Assembly (NCBI GenBank): GCA_963710605.1
Contig: CAVQBA010000005.1
Coordinates: forward strand, 256,001-320,000
Origin: an uncultured cyanobacterium
GTDB taxonomy: Bacteria > Cyanobacteriota > Cyanobacteriia > Cyanobacteriales > Cyanobacteriaceae
Direction: 5' to 3'
DNA: 64,000 nucleotides
The notes under the pieces are model-generated. The model did no database searches, was not told where the DNA came from, and saw only the letters and a list, made by a program, of their open reading frames with translations. Numbering within the stretch: position 1 is the first letter of the stretch; the number at the start of each line of letters is the position of its first letter. Below, piece after piece: positions 1 through 11,459 of this stretch. The position numbers and the translations under genes were made by a program.

Positions 1-339
1 CGGAGCTGAAGCACTATAAAAAGTACCTACCATTGGTGAGGTTATTTCTAAAAGATTATCAGCTTTTGGAGCAGGAGAAGGTTTTTCTTCTACACTACCC
101 GTCATAGTAGGAGAGGTTTCAACCGAAACATTAATGGGTTGAGGTGTTGGTAAAGTATTAGTAATAGTGGCTGGAGTCGCAGGAGCGATATTGCCAGCAG
201 TGTAACTTACCTGATCGTTTTGTGGGTTAGCTTTTTGTAAGGTGAGTTCAAAATCTCCTTCTTTAATTGCTAACTCAGATATATCAGTTTTAGCGATCGC
301 TTCGATAAATTCTCTTAATTGATTAAAATCTATTGGCAC
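1..339 (-). CDS. accB: acetyl-CoA carboxylase biotin carboxyl carrier protein (5' part; runs off window)
   Basis: Manual translation from GTG at 339: MPIDFNQLREFIEAIAKTDISELAIKEGDFELTLQK...ITSPMVGTFYSASAP; lies downstream of efp as usual in cyanobacteria. Confidence 0.93.
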   Translation of the reverse strand, partial: MPIDFNQLREFIEAIAKTDISELAIKEGDFELTLQKANPQNDQVSYTAGNIAPATPATITNTLPTPQPINVSVETSPTMTGSVEEKPSPAPKADNLLEITSPMVGTFYSASAP

Positions 340-686
340 TGTTAGATAGACTCTGAGGATTAATAAATAAAATGATAACGGGTGAGTGACTTAAAATAAA
401 CAAATAGTCGATTAAAAGATTAGAATTTTAAGTTTCTCACCGTCTGATTAGGTGTAGCTATGTTCGTAACAACAATTAAAAAATTAATTTCTAGCTTTAG
501 TCATACCAAATAAGTATAATCAAGCTATTAAAAATAGATTTTAAATGTGAACGACCAAGCTCAAACCTCAATTCTGCTAAAATTAATGCTTAATTTCAAG
601 TCCTAAAATAGTACCTAAAACTATAACAGTATTTAGACGAATTATCTTTAATTGTCAATTGCGATGGTAAAAATTGTCAATTAAGT

Positions 687-1247
687 TTACGTTTCTCTAC
701 CTAAATAGCTATCATTTCTGGTATCAACTTTAACCTTTTCACCGATCGAGATAAATAAAGGTACCATAATTTGTGCGCCTGTTTCTAGAATAGCGGGTTT
801 AGTACCACCAGTTGCTGTATCACCTTTGACACCTGGGTCAGTATCTGTTATTTCTAAAGTAACGGAATTAGGTAATTCAACATCTATAATGGTTTCATTC
901 CAGAATAAAATATTAGCTTCCATTTCTTCTTTAAGATATTTAGCCTTGTCTCCAACTTGCTCTTCATTGAGACGAAATTCTTCAAACGTTTCCATATCCA
1001 TGAAGACAAATTGATCACCTTCTTTATAGGTATGTTGCATAGTACGTTTGTCTAAATTAGCTTGAGGCACTGTTTCCCCAGCTCGAAAGGTTTTCTCCAC
1101 AACACTACCTGTTTGAGCATTTTTGAGCTTAGTACGAACAAATGCCGAACCTTTACCGGGTTTGACGTGTAGAAATTCAACTACTCGCCATACACTACCA
1201 TCCATTTCAATTGAGACACCTGAGCGAAAATCATTACTAGAAATCAT
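687..1247 (-). CDS. efp: translation elongation factor P
   Basis: [14 protein letters not shown] and [16 protein letters not shown] motifs. Confidence 0.98.
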   Translation of the reverse strand: MISSNDFRSGVSIEMDGSVWRVVEFLHVKPGKGSAFVRTKLKNAQTGSVVEKTFRAGETVPQANLDKRTMQHTYKEGDQFVFMDMETFEEFRLNEEQVGDKAKYLKEEMEANILFWNETIIDVELPNSVTLEITDTDPGVKGDTATGGTKPAILETGAQIMVPLFISIGEKVKVDTRNDSYLGRET

Positions 1248-1418
1248 AGAAATCTATACTCTTCAATGTTTGTTTTACTAATTAGATTCCACGTTGGACA
1301 TAAAAATGTCACCACCATATTCGCTTAAAATGGAAATAATTACAAGTGGCTTTGGTTGATAATTGATACTGCGATAACTGATAATTAATAATTAACAAGA
1401 TCGCATTTATTAAATTTT

Positions 1419-2300
1419 ATGAAAATTCGTCGTCAACAACCTGGTACACCAGTAGCAATAGAATCTTTACAATATCAAATTAAAGTTGATGGTGGTGAAC
1501 CTAATCATATTTTAGAAGAAATTGTTTGGCATAAAGAAATAGAAATACAAAAAGCCAGAGAAAAAGTTTCTTTATTAGAATTGCGTCGTCAACTCAGTAA
1601 TATGACTCGTCAACCACTTGATTTTGTAGAGGCTTTAATTAAAAGTAGAAAAAAACCTGCTTTAATTGCTGAGGTTAAAAAGGCTTCTCCTAGTAAAGGG
1701 ATTATCAAGGCTGATTTTAATCCTGTAGCAATTGCTCAAGCTTATCAAAAAGGTGGGGCTACTTGTTTATCTGTTTTAACAGACAAAAAATTTTTTCAAG
1801 GTAGTTTTGAATATCTAGCTCAAATCAGAAAAAATGTTGAGCTTCCTCTTTTATGTAAAGAATTTATTCTTTATCCTTATCAAATCTATTTAGCCAGATT
1901 AAATGGTGCGGATGCAGTCTTACTGATTGCGGCTATTTTACAAGATATTGATTTAACTTATTTTTTAAAAATTATTCATAGTTTAGGTATGAATGCTTTA
2001 ATTGAAGTACATTCATTAGAAGAACTCGATCGAGTTTTAGAGATTGAAGGTGTTAAACTTATCGGTATTAATAATCGTAATTTGGAAGATTTTACGGTTG
2101 ATTTGAATAACACCCAACAAATTCTGTCTGCTCGTAGTGAACAATTATCCCAAAAAAATGTAACGATCGTTAGTGAATCAGGTTTACACACCAAAGAAGA
2201 TTTAGATTTTGTGCAATCTGCTGGGGCAAGTGCTGTTTTAATCGGTGAATCTTTAGTTAAACAAGACGATATAGTAACCGCTGTACAAAATTTGTATTAA
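1419..2300 (+). CDS. trpC: indole-3-glycerol phosphate synthase
   Basis: [38 protein letters not shown] motifs. Confidence 0.97.
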   Translation: MKIRRQQPGTPVAIESLQYQIKVDGGEPNHILEEIVWHKEIEIQKAREKVSLLELRRQLSNMTRQPLDFVEALIKSRKKPALIAEVKKASPSKGIIKADFNPVAIAQAYQKGGATCLSVLTDKKFFQGSFEYLAQIRKNVELPLLCKEFILYPYQIYLARLNGADAVLLIAAILQDIDLTYFLKIIHSLGMNALIEVHSLEELDRVLEIEGVKLIGINNRNLEDFTVDLNNTQQILSARSEQLSQKNVTIVSESGLHTKEDLDFVQSAGASAVLIGESLVKQDDIVTAVQNLY

Positions 2301-2313
2301 ATTACCGACATTT

Positions 2314-3300
2314 TTAAAATTCCCAATCATCCTCTTCATCCCAGACATCATCTATATCAGTCATTGGTTTATCTGGTGATGGAGGTGGATTTTGACGGGG
2401 GGGAATTACTCGAAAAGGAGCATCATAAATTGGGTTAGAAGAAGCAGAAGTTTTGTTCTCATTTCGATCGCCTCTTGTTGGTATTTGTCGATCATTATTT
2501 CTTTTTCTTTGTTCTTTTTCTAATCGAGGTAAAGGTTGATTAAAGACAGTTTTTTCCTTTGACTGGTACGAATATAAAGAAGCTTCTCGGTTTTTTAATA
2601 ACGATGGTGAAGGTGTATTATCTATCGGTTGTATTGGTGGTGGTGGCGATATTTTAGCTTCAGTAGGCGTTGATGAATCTATTACTGTGTCAGTTTCAAA
2701 ATCACCATCATCTTTAGGTATCACTTGCGTTACCGTGTTAGGAGGGATATAAGAGGACATATTTTCAGAGTCTTCTTCTGGCATCCTTGTAGAAGTTATC
2801 GGTTGTATTGGTGGTGGCGTTACGGGTGGTTGTGGTGCAGATACGTTTACATCTGGATTAGCCTGAATCGGCTGTCTTAATGGTTCATTTTCTACCCAAC
2901 CTGCTTCTTCTTCGCCCCATTGTCGATCGTCAAAAATATCAAATTGCTCTTCTACATTATTTACCTTAGTGGCAGTTGATTGATTTACCCTTGGGGAAAC
3001 AAAACTATTATTTTCTCTTAGCGGAATTTGTTGTGTAGCCGAAGGAGGATAATCAACCTGAGGATTAGGATTAGGTGGGTTGTAGTAATTATTATTTTTC
3101 GAGTTAGAACTTTTAGTTAGAAGTTGGATGAACAAACTAGAAAGTATCCCCGCAAGCAAACTCAACACTATCCAAATAGATAGAGGTAAAGACAAAGAAC
3201 TAAAACCGAAAAAAACTAAAGAAACTGACTGCAAATTCTGAAGCGAGAATAAAACAATACAGATTAAAAAAATTAATAATGGTAACGATTTGAAACCCAT
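2314..3300 (-). CDS. membrane protein, LapA/DUF1049-like N-terminus with long Pro/acidic disordered tail
   Basis: Two N-terminal hydrophobic segments around LQNLQSVSLVFFG; low-complexity tail ending DAPFRVIPP...DDWEF. Confidence 0.6.
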   Translation of the reverse strand: MGFKSLPLLIFLICIVLFSLQNLQSVSLVFFGFSSLSLPLSIWIVLSLLAGILSSLFIQLLTKSSNSKNNNYYNPPNPNPQVDYPPSATQQIPLRENNSFVSPRVNQSTATKVNNVEEQFDIFDDRQWGEEEAGWVENEPLRQPIQANPDVNVSAPQPPVTPPPIQPITSTRMPEEDSENMSSYIPPNTVTQVIPKDDGDFETDTVIDSSTPTEAKISPPPPIQPIDNTPSPSLLKNREASLYSYQSKEKTVFNQPLPRLEKEQRKRNNDRQIPTRGDRNENKTSASSNPIYDAPFRVIPPRQNPPPSPDKPMTDIDDVWDEEDDWEF

Positions 3301-3787
3301 CTTTAGCGATTCTGACTGTACTCGAACATGACTATCATATCACTAACAATCAATAAATTGAGAGTAAATAGTTGTATAGCAAAAGACAAAAGTTCAAACT
3401 CCGATAATCCAAAGACTAAAATATAAATTATCTTAGTGAGTAGGAATTACCAGATTATTACACTTTTCCTAGTCAAATTGCTTGCTCAAGAACTAAAGTT
3501 CAAATTACAGTTGTTACGATATTTTTTTAGTTAGGTATCGATTAATTATTTTTAATTCGTATTTCATCTATTTGTTAGTTAAGACTTTAGATAGAAGTCT
3601 TTTGCTCTTATTTAAATAATAATAGTAGTAACCAATTATTGTTTGACTTATTAGTTAACCAGTTTAATTAATTAATTTTGCTTATTTTACTCCAACAAAA
3701 AAGAGAATTATTTACCAAAAATTATTAAAGTCAAATAATTAAATTGTTATTTCAAGATTTATATTTTTTTAACTAACGGAGGTTAGG

Positions 3788-4630
3788 ATGAGTATTGGGC
3801 AAACAAACAAAGCAAAACGAGAAACAGCCGAATGGATTGAGCGTTTAGCTCGATTTGGCTATGCCGCTAAAGGAGTTGTTTATACTATCGTCGGAATATT
3901 AGCTTTTCAAGCCGCTTTTAATTGGGGTGCAGGAGATGTTAAAGGTTCAAAAGGTGCATTACAAACTATAGGTAGTCAACCTTTCGGTAAAATTTTATTG
4001 TTTTTAGTTGGGGTTGGTTTAATCGGTTACGTTATCTGGCGGTTTGTACAGGCTTTTTTCGATCCAGAACACAACGAAGATGGTTTTAAAGCTTATGCCC
4101 GTCGTTTTTCGTACATCATCAGCGGTGTTATTTATGGTACGTTAGCTTTTACTGCTTTTAGGATTGTTTTTAGTGGTGGTAGTAGCTCGTCTTCTGGTAG
4201 TAGTGGTGGAGGTAGCTCAGAGCAAACGGCTAGTTTACTTTCACAACCATTTGGGCAATGGTTAGTTGGTTTGGTGGGGGCGGCTTCGGCGGCATATGGT
4301 TTTTATTCTATTTACCGTGCAATTAAAATTAAGTTCCGTAAAAAGCTCAAAACTGAACAAATGAGTGCTGATCAAGAAAAATGGATTATTCGTATTGGTA
4401 GATTGGGTTTGATTGCTAAAGGTATTGTCTCTTTAATTATTGGTTACTTTTTTGTACAAGCGGCTCGCTCAGCCGATCCTAGTCAAGCTAAGAGTACAGA
4501 AGGTGCATTAGAAGCAATTCAACAGTTACCTTTTGGTGGTTGGTTGATGGGGTTAGTGGCGTTAGGATTAATTGCTTATGGTATTCATTTACTAGTTCAA
4601 GCTCGTTATCGTCGTATTTCTCCTGCATAA
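3788..4630 (+). CDS. DUF1206 family multi-pass membrane protein
   Basis: Repeated RLARFGYAAKGVVY / QPFG...LL / RLGLIAKG units. Confidence 0.85.
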   Translation: MSIGQTNKAKRETAEWIERLARFGYAAKGVVYTIVGILAFQAAFNWGAGDVKGSKGALQTIGSQPFGKILLFLVGVGLIGYVIWRFVQAFFDPEHNEDGFKAYARRFSYIISGVIYGTLAFTAFRIVFSGGSSSSSGSSGGGSSEQTASLLSQPFGQWLVGLVGAASAAYGFYSIYRAIKIKFRKKLKTEQMSADQEKWIIRIGRLGLIAKGIVSLIIGYFFVQAARSADPSQAKSTEGALEAIQQLPFGGWLMGLVALGLIAYGIHLLVQARYRRISPA

Positions 4631-4737
4631 TTACGGATTCGTTATCGATTGATGATATTGAGCAAATCTTGATTTATGATTGAGGATAGTAACAACTATT
4701 GTTTGGTTACAGATTAAAGAAAAATATCTCAAGTAAT

Positions 4738-5160
4738 ATGTCTTTTTTACCTAAATATCAACCAGAAAAACTATCATTAGGATTTTTGGAAAAAGAAATA
4801 CTCGATATCATCTGGGATTTTGATGGAGCGACAGCTAAGGATATTCACGATCGTATTCTTGATGATTCTGACAGAGAATTAGCTTATGCTTCTGTGATGA
4901 CTGTTTTACAAAGATTGATGAAAAAAGGTTGGTTAACCTATCAAAAAAAAGGTCGTGCTTTTTATTGGCAACCTTTAGTTTCTCGCCCACAAGCAAAAGC
5001 GATTAAGTCTTACGAGCAGTTAAACAATTTTTTAGCTATCAGTAACCCCGATGTGGTAGCTTCTTTTGCTGATGATCTTGACAATGCTAGTATAGAACAA
5101 ATTGAAGCGATCGCCGATCGATTATCAAAAGTTCGCCAACAAAGAAAAGGGGAAAAATAA
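4738..5160 (+). CDS. BlaI/MecI/CopY family transcriptional regulator
   Basis: LEKEILDIIW...LAYASVMTVLQRLMKKGW...GRAFYWQP; ATG at 4738 preferred over ORF-track start. Confidence 0.9.
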   Translation: MSFLPKYQPEKLSLGFLEKEILDIIWDFDGATAKDIHDRILDDSDRELAYASVMTVLQRLMKKGWLTYQKKGRAFYWQPLVSRPQAKAIKSYEQLNNFLAISNPDVVASFADDLDNASIEQIEAIADRLSKVRQQRKGEK

Positions 5161-5161
5161 G

Positions 5162-6007
5162 ATGCACTTATTATTACTCATCATCGCTTTTACTGTAGCT
5201 TGTACAGTTCGTTTGGTTAGTAAATCAAGAATGATTAACCCGCCGAAAAAATGGGGTTTATCTTTGTTTTTCTTTGGTTTTCCTCCTTTAATTTTACTAA
5301 CTACTTGTTTGACGGTGGCTTTTATGGGCTCTCAAGGGCAAATGTGGGGGATTAAAGCTAGTCGATTAAGTTACTATTTTGCGGTACTTTACTTAGTAAT
5401 GGCGATCGCTGTTTTAATTAAAAGTTTTTGGGATTTATCTCAACTACAACGTACTGTAGAGCAATATCCGACTCAAATTATTGATAATCAACCAGCTCAA
5501 ATTTTAGATAGTTCTTTTCCTTACGCCGCTCAAGTTGGTTTTTGGCGATCGCAATTAGTTATTAGTACAGGGCTACAAAAATTGTTGTCTCCAGAGCATT
5601 TAAATGCAGTTATTGCCCACGAAACAGCTCATAAAACTCATAAAGATCCTTTTTTCTTTTTTTGGCTGTCTTACCTAGAAAGAGTCACTTTTTGGCTTCC
5701 GAATAATCAACAACTGTGGCGACATTTATTATTATTAAGAGAATTAAGAGCTGATCAAACCGCCGCTGAGAAAGTCGATTTTTTACTTATTGCTGAATCT
5801 TTAGTTAGCGTTACTTCCGAAACAGTTAAACAAAAAGAATCTTTAAACTTAGCTTGGCAATGTCCTTTTAATGACGATCGTTTAGAAGAAAGAATCAACA
5901 ATCTACTCGAAGAAGATAATCAACTCAAATTTGGTTGGGGGCAAATTGTTTGGTTTGTGTTAGTCTTAATTCCTTATAGCTTTTTACCTTTTCATATCTC
6001 TTGTTAG
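5162..6007 (+). CDS. M56 (BlaR1-type) membrane metallopeptidase without sensor domain
   Basis: HETAH (HExxH) and ELRADQ motifs; starts 1 nt after the BlaI-like stop. Confidence 0.88.
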   Translation: MHLLLLIIAFTVACTVRLVSKSRMINPPKKWGLSLFFFGFPPLILLTTCLTVAFMGSQGQMWGIKASRLSYYFAVLYLVMAIAVLIKSFWDLSQLQRTVEQYPTQIIDNQPAQILDSSFPYAAQVGFWRSQLVISTGLQKLLSPEHLNAVIAHETAHKTHKDPFFFFWLSYLERVTFWLPNNQQLWRHLLLLRELRADQTAAEKVDFLLIAESLVSVTSETVKQKESLNLAWQCPFNDDRLEERINNLLEEDNQLKFGWGQIVWFVLVLIPYSFLPFHISC

Positions 6008-6045
6008 TATAAATTTTTCATAGTTAGTTTTCCCCGATATCAACC

Positions 6046-6072
6046 GTAGGGACGTTACACTGTAACGTCCTT
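6046..6072. repeat. REP-like GTAG palindrome
   Basis: gtagggacgttacactgtaacgtcct; related copies near 30366, 50533 and 60368. Confidence 0.6.
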
Positions 6073-6106
6073 ATCTCATTATGATTGATTTTAATGGAAA
6101 ATTACT

Positions 6107-6457
6107 CTAATTACTTTTGGCTTCTGCCTTACAATATATTTCGGGTGGAGCAATTTGCAAATATTTAAACAAAGCAGGGCAAAGCCAACCTTTTTTATCT
6201 TCTTCTTGCCAATAATACCAATTGCCTTGATATTCTTGTTTTAACCAACTCATCTTTACTTGATATTCAGGGAAAGGAGTAGTTGAAAACAACAGTTTAA
6301 ACCCTTTTTCCGCATTAGGAATATCTTTGACCAAAATATCAATAATTTGTGGCATTCCACTAACAAAAGGCTCTTGAATTAAACCAACTTTTGAGTCGTC
6401 AAATACCCACATCTCTTCGTACTTGTAAGGAAAAATAACAATAATTGAATTAGACAT
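6107..6457 (-). CDS. conserved hypothetical protein (DUF6717-like)
   Basis: PYKYEEMWVFDD...EPFVSG...GWLCPALFKY. Confidence 0.7.
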   Translation of the reverse strand: MSNSIIVIFPYKYEEMWVFDDSKVGLIQEPFVSGMPQIIDILVKDIPNAEKGFKLLFSTTPFPEYQVKMSWLKQEYQGNWYYWQEEDKKGWLCPALFKYLQIAPPEIYCKAEAKSN

Positions 6458-6780
6458 TATCTTGATTCTAAATAAATTAATAATTAATATAGTTGTTTCA
6501 AATAAAAATGAGTTGGTTAATTGTATTTAATTTTAGTTTAATTTATTAAACGACACCTATTAGCTTTGAATTTCAATTCAAAGTGAGGTAACAAACTAAC
6601 ATTTTTAAGGTAATTATTACTGTTTTAATTATTTTTTTTTACGACTATAATTACTATCAAAAAATAGCTAAAAAATAACTAATTTAAAAATACGATTAAA
6701 CACTCATCCATTTTTAATAATTATTTAATAACTCTTCTATTTCGATCGTACATAATAGCTTTATTTTTAGCTACCACCAC

Positions 6781-6930
6781 ATCCCAATCGAGTTTATGAG
6801 GAGGATACAAGTAATGTTTGTAAGCAACAGTCATGAGGTTGTAATTCTTCAAATCGAGATTGAATAACTTGATGATAGGGTAACGCTGAGAAACTTCGCA
6901 CCCATTCTGCACACATCTCACGATTGGGAT
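6781..6930. ncRNA. candidate rod-shaped structured RNA
   Basis: Ends atcccaatcg / cgattgggat are perfect 10-bp complements, with further nested imperfect stems; GC-richer than flanks. Confidence 0.35.
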
Positions 6931-7091
6931 TAATTAGCCATAGCTCAATAGTCATAGAAAAAACTCTTTGTGTGATCGATTATAGCTAATAGACTATAAA
7001 ATTAATACTTTGATTAAACTTAAGATTCGATCGATGCAAATATTGACAAACGAACTAGGTTAAACTTTAAACATTAATAAAATCAAGTTAT

Positions 7092-7286
7092 AACAACGAT
7101 TTAAAAGGCATAAAATGACAAAAGTAGCAGTTTTCGGGATGGGGCTTATGGGGCATCCAATGGTGGTTAATTTAGCTAATAACGGTATTTCTGTGATAGC
7201 TTATAATCGATCGTCATCTAAGTTAAAATCTTTACAATCGCAAGACAATATTGCAGTCACCACAAACCCGATTGAAGCGATCGAAT
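7092..7286 (+). repeat. 195-bp direct repeat, left copy (truncated 5' end of the oxidoreductase gene at 17293)
   Basis: Matches 17270-17464 with 3 substitutions; ORF 7115-7315 diverges after NPIEAIE. Confidence 0.95.
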
Positions 7287-7325
7287 CATACTATTATCCA
7301 ATATATTATTTTTAATCGCACTTAC

Positions 7326-7841
7326 CTACCATCTAATATCAGAGGGAAACTCCCCGTAAAATAGAGAAACTGGTAGGTTATTTTTTTCTGATCGTTTCAG
7401 TGTTTCTAAATTGTGAAGTGCAATTCTATTAGTTGGATCTTTTTGAAGAACTCGCTCATAAAGATAAATTTGACGAGGAACATCATCATATATTAAAGCG
7501 GCTTCAAAGATCATGACTAAGGTATTATTAGGTTCTATTTGTTTTGCCCTTTCTAGTAAAGAGAAACATTCATCATCATCTCCTTGTATCCATAAAATCC
7601 AACCTAAAACAATTATAGCTTCTAAATCTCTAGGATTAAGTTCTAAAATTCTTTTTGCCATCGGAATTATTATTTCATCAGAGTCTAATGATTGATTAAA
7701 TGCTAATATGACTAATGTTTTTAATTCTCTAATATTAGTATTTTTTTGTAGTAAATTTTGGAATAAATCCATAGAAAAAGAATTTTCATTATTCGCCAAA
7801 TTAGTTACTAATTGTTTTAATGTATTCATTTTTTTATTCAT
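7326..7841 (-). CDS. TPR-repeat protein, putative immunity protein
   Basis: TPR-like helices (AKRILELNPRDLEA, ERAKQIEPNN, ERVLQKDPTN); begins 3 nt after a toxin-tip remnant. Confidence 0.65.
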   Translation of the reverse strand: MNKKMNTLKQLVTNLANNENSFSMDLFQNLLQKNTNIRELKTLVILAFNQSLDSDEIIIPMAKRILELNPRDLEAIIVLGWILWIQGDDDECFSLLERAKQIEPNNTLVMIFEAALIYDDVPRQIYLYERVLQKDPTNRIALHNLETLKRSEKNNLPVSLFYGEFPSDIRW

Positions 7842-7844
7842 TTT

Positions 7845-8003
7845 TTATAGGGGATGTGAACAATGGCCTTTAGGAACAAAAGCAGTTCCAATCTCATAAT
7901 TTCCAGTAGGTGTTAGTTGATATCTAATATGTACTGGAACAAGAAGACCACTAGTACTTTGAATTTGTGTAAAAACTCTAGCGCCTTTTTCTTCCACCAC
8001 CAA
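7845..8003 (-). pseudogene. orphan toxin C-terminal tip remnant
   Basis: Alternative frame LVVEEKGARVFTQIQSTSGLLVPVHIRYQLTPTGNYEIGTAFVPKGHCSHPL* fused out of frame to the Rhs core. Confidence 0.5.
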
Positions 8004-9670
8004 ATTGGCTCATTAATACGTCCCTCATAAGTATCACGACGAGTAAACCTGCCAACGCTAGGATTATAAAAACGTTGTCGCAGATAATACTCATCCAAAT
8101 TATCATCAAACTGCTCACCAGCATAACGATAACTATTCTCTACCCTATTAGTCGTATTAATCAGATTTCCATAGGCAGTATAATCATAAACATCAACCAC
8201 ACCACCAACATAATCAGTTAATACCCTGACACTACCCAAACCATCAACCAAATAGACAGTTAATTCTTCATTGCGAGACATTGAAATCAAATCATTACCA
8301 TACAAATACTCAACCGCTAACTCACCATCAACGTATTCGGATAATACCTGAGCATAAGCACGATTCTTGTCAATCAGATAATCAGTACGCACACCATCTA
8401 CAACCTGAGAAACCTTAATCCCCTCATTGTCATACTCATAACTAATAGAAATACCATTAGGGAGAATAACCTCAATCAAACGATTCTCATAATCCCAATC
8501 ATAGAGAGTTTCCTCATTACCCTCAATTACCTTAATCGTATTACCATTATCATCATACTGATAAACCTTCGTTACACCATCAATAGTCTCACTCAATAAC
8601 CAATCATTATCATTGTAAGCATAAGTAGTTGTACTTTCAACAGAATCCACCTTAGATAAACGATTACCTACCGCATCAAGAGTATATTCAATCACCCTGC
8701 CATCATTGACATCACCAGCATCAGTAATAGTTTCAGAGATAAGACGATATAAGTCATCATAAACATAATCGACAACTCGTTCATCATTCTCGGATACTCG
8801 CAGACGATGCCCAACTTTATTCAACGTATATTGATAACTAGAAATAACTTCATCAGCTAACTTATTCTCTAGGAAAGTTAGACGATTTAATCGATCGTAT
8901 TCTCTAGTCTCGACAACACCATTAGGTAAAACAGTCGCTAGTAAATTATTAACTCCGTCATACTCATAATCAGTTACGTTACCCGACTCATCAGTAACCG
9001 TATCGAGACGATTCCAAGCATCAAAAGTATAGTTAACGCTGTTATTAGGAGTCGTCACCGAAGTGCGATTACCCGCTACATCATAACTGTATTCGATCGT
9101 ATTTCCACTAGATAAATATGCACCAACAGGATCAATACGAGCAATTAATCGGTTTCTGGCATCATATTCATAAGTTGTAACACCACGCTCTTGGATAATA
9201 GACTCCATTAAACCATCGATCGTATAGGTATATTCAACCTTGGTAGTATCAGGGAAAGCCTTTTCAATTAATCGATTGCGATCGTCATAACTGTAGATAA
9301 TAGCATCACCATTAAAGTCAGTGTAACTAATCACATTACCAACTTCATCATAACCAGTAACAGATGTTTGCTTTTCGGGTAACTCCACACCTACACGACG
9401 GCTTAACTTATCGTAAGTGAAATAAGTACGATTATCATTAGCATCTTCTTGCCATATATTTCTGCCTAACTCATCATAACCATACTCAGCTCTAATTTCA
9501 GTGGGATTATTACTATCCTGATTGAGATATTGAATTACATCAGTTAGACGACCAAGATTATCATATTCATAATCGATTATCTTACCTTCTTGGTCTATAG
9601 TCGAAATTCTTCTACCTAACTCGTCATAGACAGTTTGAACAGAAGTATCATCAGCAAAAAGTGTTTCCTT
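8004..9670 (-). pseudogene. Rhs/YD-repeat core fragment (no start; truncated before DPxG)
   Basis: YD repeats open from ~9670; core motif YRYAGEQFD...YYLRQRFYNPSVGRFTRRDTYEG breaks off at INEPI. Confidence 0.9.
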
Positions 9671-9673
9671 GCG

Positions 9674-10304
9674 TTAGTTTTTAGTTTCATTCACTCTAAT
9701 TACATTTTCATCAATACAACTACTAAAATTATGTAAAAAAAATTACATGAGCTCCTCTGAACTGTGAATATAATGTCCATAAAGGTGATGGTAAGTAACC
9801 GAGCGGTTTATCTAAACTTGTAAAATCGTTATCAAATTTCAGTCTTCGTTGTTGATACCAACCAACTTGTTGAAAATATATATCTTTTTGTTTAACAGAA
9901 TGTCCATGTTCATGGTTATCAATGGAGTTAAGTATTTGTGCTTGAACAGCAAAACCAAATCTTCCTTGACTATATTTTAACCAAAGCTGATCTACATCTG
10001 TTAGTTGATGACAAGGTAATTCTCCTTGTAAATATATTTGAGCTTCTCTTTGACCTAAAAAATCAAACATGAATCGTCCATAGTATCCTTCTTTTCTTAT
10101 ATAATTTAGAACTAATTGATTGTAAATAAACGCCGTTTGAGTATCAGCTTGTTGCCATTGTTTATTACTCAAATAATATTCTAGTTGAGAGTAATCAATT
10201 TTTTGTTCAAAAATATTCCAATTGAAAAATAATCTCATTAATAGAAAAGAAATACCTAGCGATAAAGATAATACAAGCCAAGTTCTTATTTTAAGTATTT
10301 TCAT
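9674..10304 (-). CDS. membrane-anchored GUN4-like domain protein (copy 1; homopolymer frameshift near 3' end)
   Basis: IDYSQLEYYLSNKQWQQAD...LPCHQL..VDQLWLKYSQGRFGFAVQ...PLGYLPS; removing one base of the A8 run at ~9735 restores FLHNFSSCIDENVIRVNETKN*, matching copy 2. Confidence 0.85.
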
Positions 10305-10428
10305 AAAAGTTAATTGCCAACAAATAATTTATCAATTATGGTGTAACATCAGATAATCGATTCGACAGTTGAACCTCCAGATAGAATATCTAATCGGTTT
10401 AAACGAAAAATCTAATTCAAAAAATGTT

Positions 10429-11109
10429 TTAATGTGAGTCTTGAGTCTCATTAATTCTTATTGCACTTTTATCAATGCAACTTTTAAAATTATCCAAAAA
10501 GGGAATAGGAGAAACATATTGACGTTGTATTACTATAAAAAGATTTCTAATCTCGCTGTATTCTTCTGATATAAAATAAAGCATTATCCATGAAGTTGAT
10601 GGTAAATAACCAAGTGGTCTACCTAAACTGATAGAGTAGTCATAATCGCTAAATCGATGTGGTAAAGTCTCATCCCAGCCAACTTCTTGTATAAATATAT
10701 CTGTTTTAAAACCTTCGATTCTACTATTACGGATAGAGTCCATTATTTGTGCTTGGATTGAAAAACCAAATCTCCCTTGGCTATATTTCAACCATAATTT
10801 ATCTATTGTTTTTAATTTGTGACAGGGTAATTTTCCTTTTTGGTAAATAAAAGCTTCTTTGTTAGCTAAGAAATCAAATGCTATTTTTCCTAAAAATCCT
10901 TCTTCTCTCATATAATTAGAGACTAGTTTTCTATAGATAAAAGCTGTTTCAATATCTGCTTGTTTCCATTTTTGACTACTTAGATAATTTTCAAGTTGAG
11001 AGTAATCAATTTTTTGTTCAAATATATGCCAATGAAATAACCAACGCACAAAGATACAAATAAAGCTTAATAAAATTAGCAAAAAGAACTTTTTTTTAAG
11101 TATTTTCAT
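10429..11109 (-). CDS. membrane-anchored GUN4-like domain protein (copy 2)
   Basis: N-terminal hydrophobic segment; IDYSQLENYL...WKQAD...IDKLWLKYSQGRFGFSIQ...PLGYLPS. Confidence 0.88.
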   Translation of the reverse strand: MKILKKKFFLLILLSFICIFVRWLFHWHIFEQKIDYSQLENYLSSQKWKQADIETAFIYRKLVSNYMREEGFLGKIAFDFLANKEAFIYQKGKLPCHKLKTIDKLWLKYSQGRFGFSIQAQIMDSIRNSRIEGFKTDIFIQEVGWDETLPHRFSDYDYSISLGRPLGYLPSTSWIMLYFISEEYSEIRNLFIVIQRQYVSPIPFLDNFKSCIDKSAIRINETQDSH

Positions 11110-11141
11110 TAACGTTGATTTATTATACTAATAATATTTAT

Positions 11142-11406
11142 TCAAGCAATTATATCTCCTAATCTCTTTACAAAAGTAGTTTCATCACTGTGAGACTGGG
11201 AGATTAAATCCCAACCATAAACATAACTTACTGATAATTCACCATCAATGTACTCTTCTAACACCTGAGCATAAGGACGATTTTTATCCAATAGATAATT
11301 AGTCGTAACCCCATTAACCGTTTGGGATGTGCGGATATTATCCATGTCATAGGTATAATCAATCACATCTCCATCGGCAGTTTGTACCTGTATAAGTCGA
11401 TCGTCT
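11142..11406 (-). pseudogene. Rhs core fragment fused to toxin tip (VKRLGDIIA)
   Basis: 11172-11406 duplicates 12953-13187. Confidence 0.85.
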
Positions 11407-11459
11407 TTATACTAAAAATAAATATTATTGAACAATCAAAACTCCAACTATTCTTTTAT

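Noticed and set aside
9728-9741. 14-nt match between the putative omegaRNA guide (45201 onward) and GUN4-like copy 1
   Set aside because: Match is mostly a T-run in an AT-rich genome and lacks an adjacent TTGAC-like TAM; likely chance
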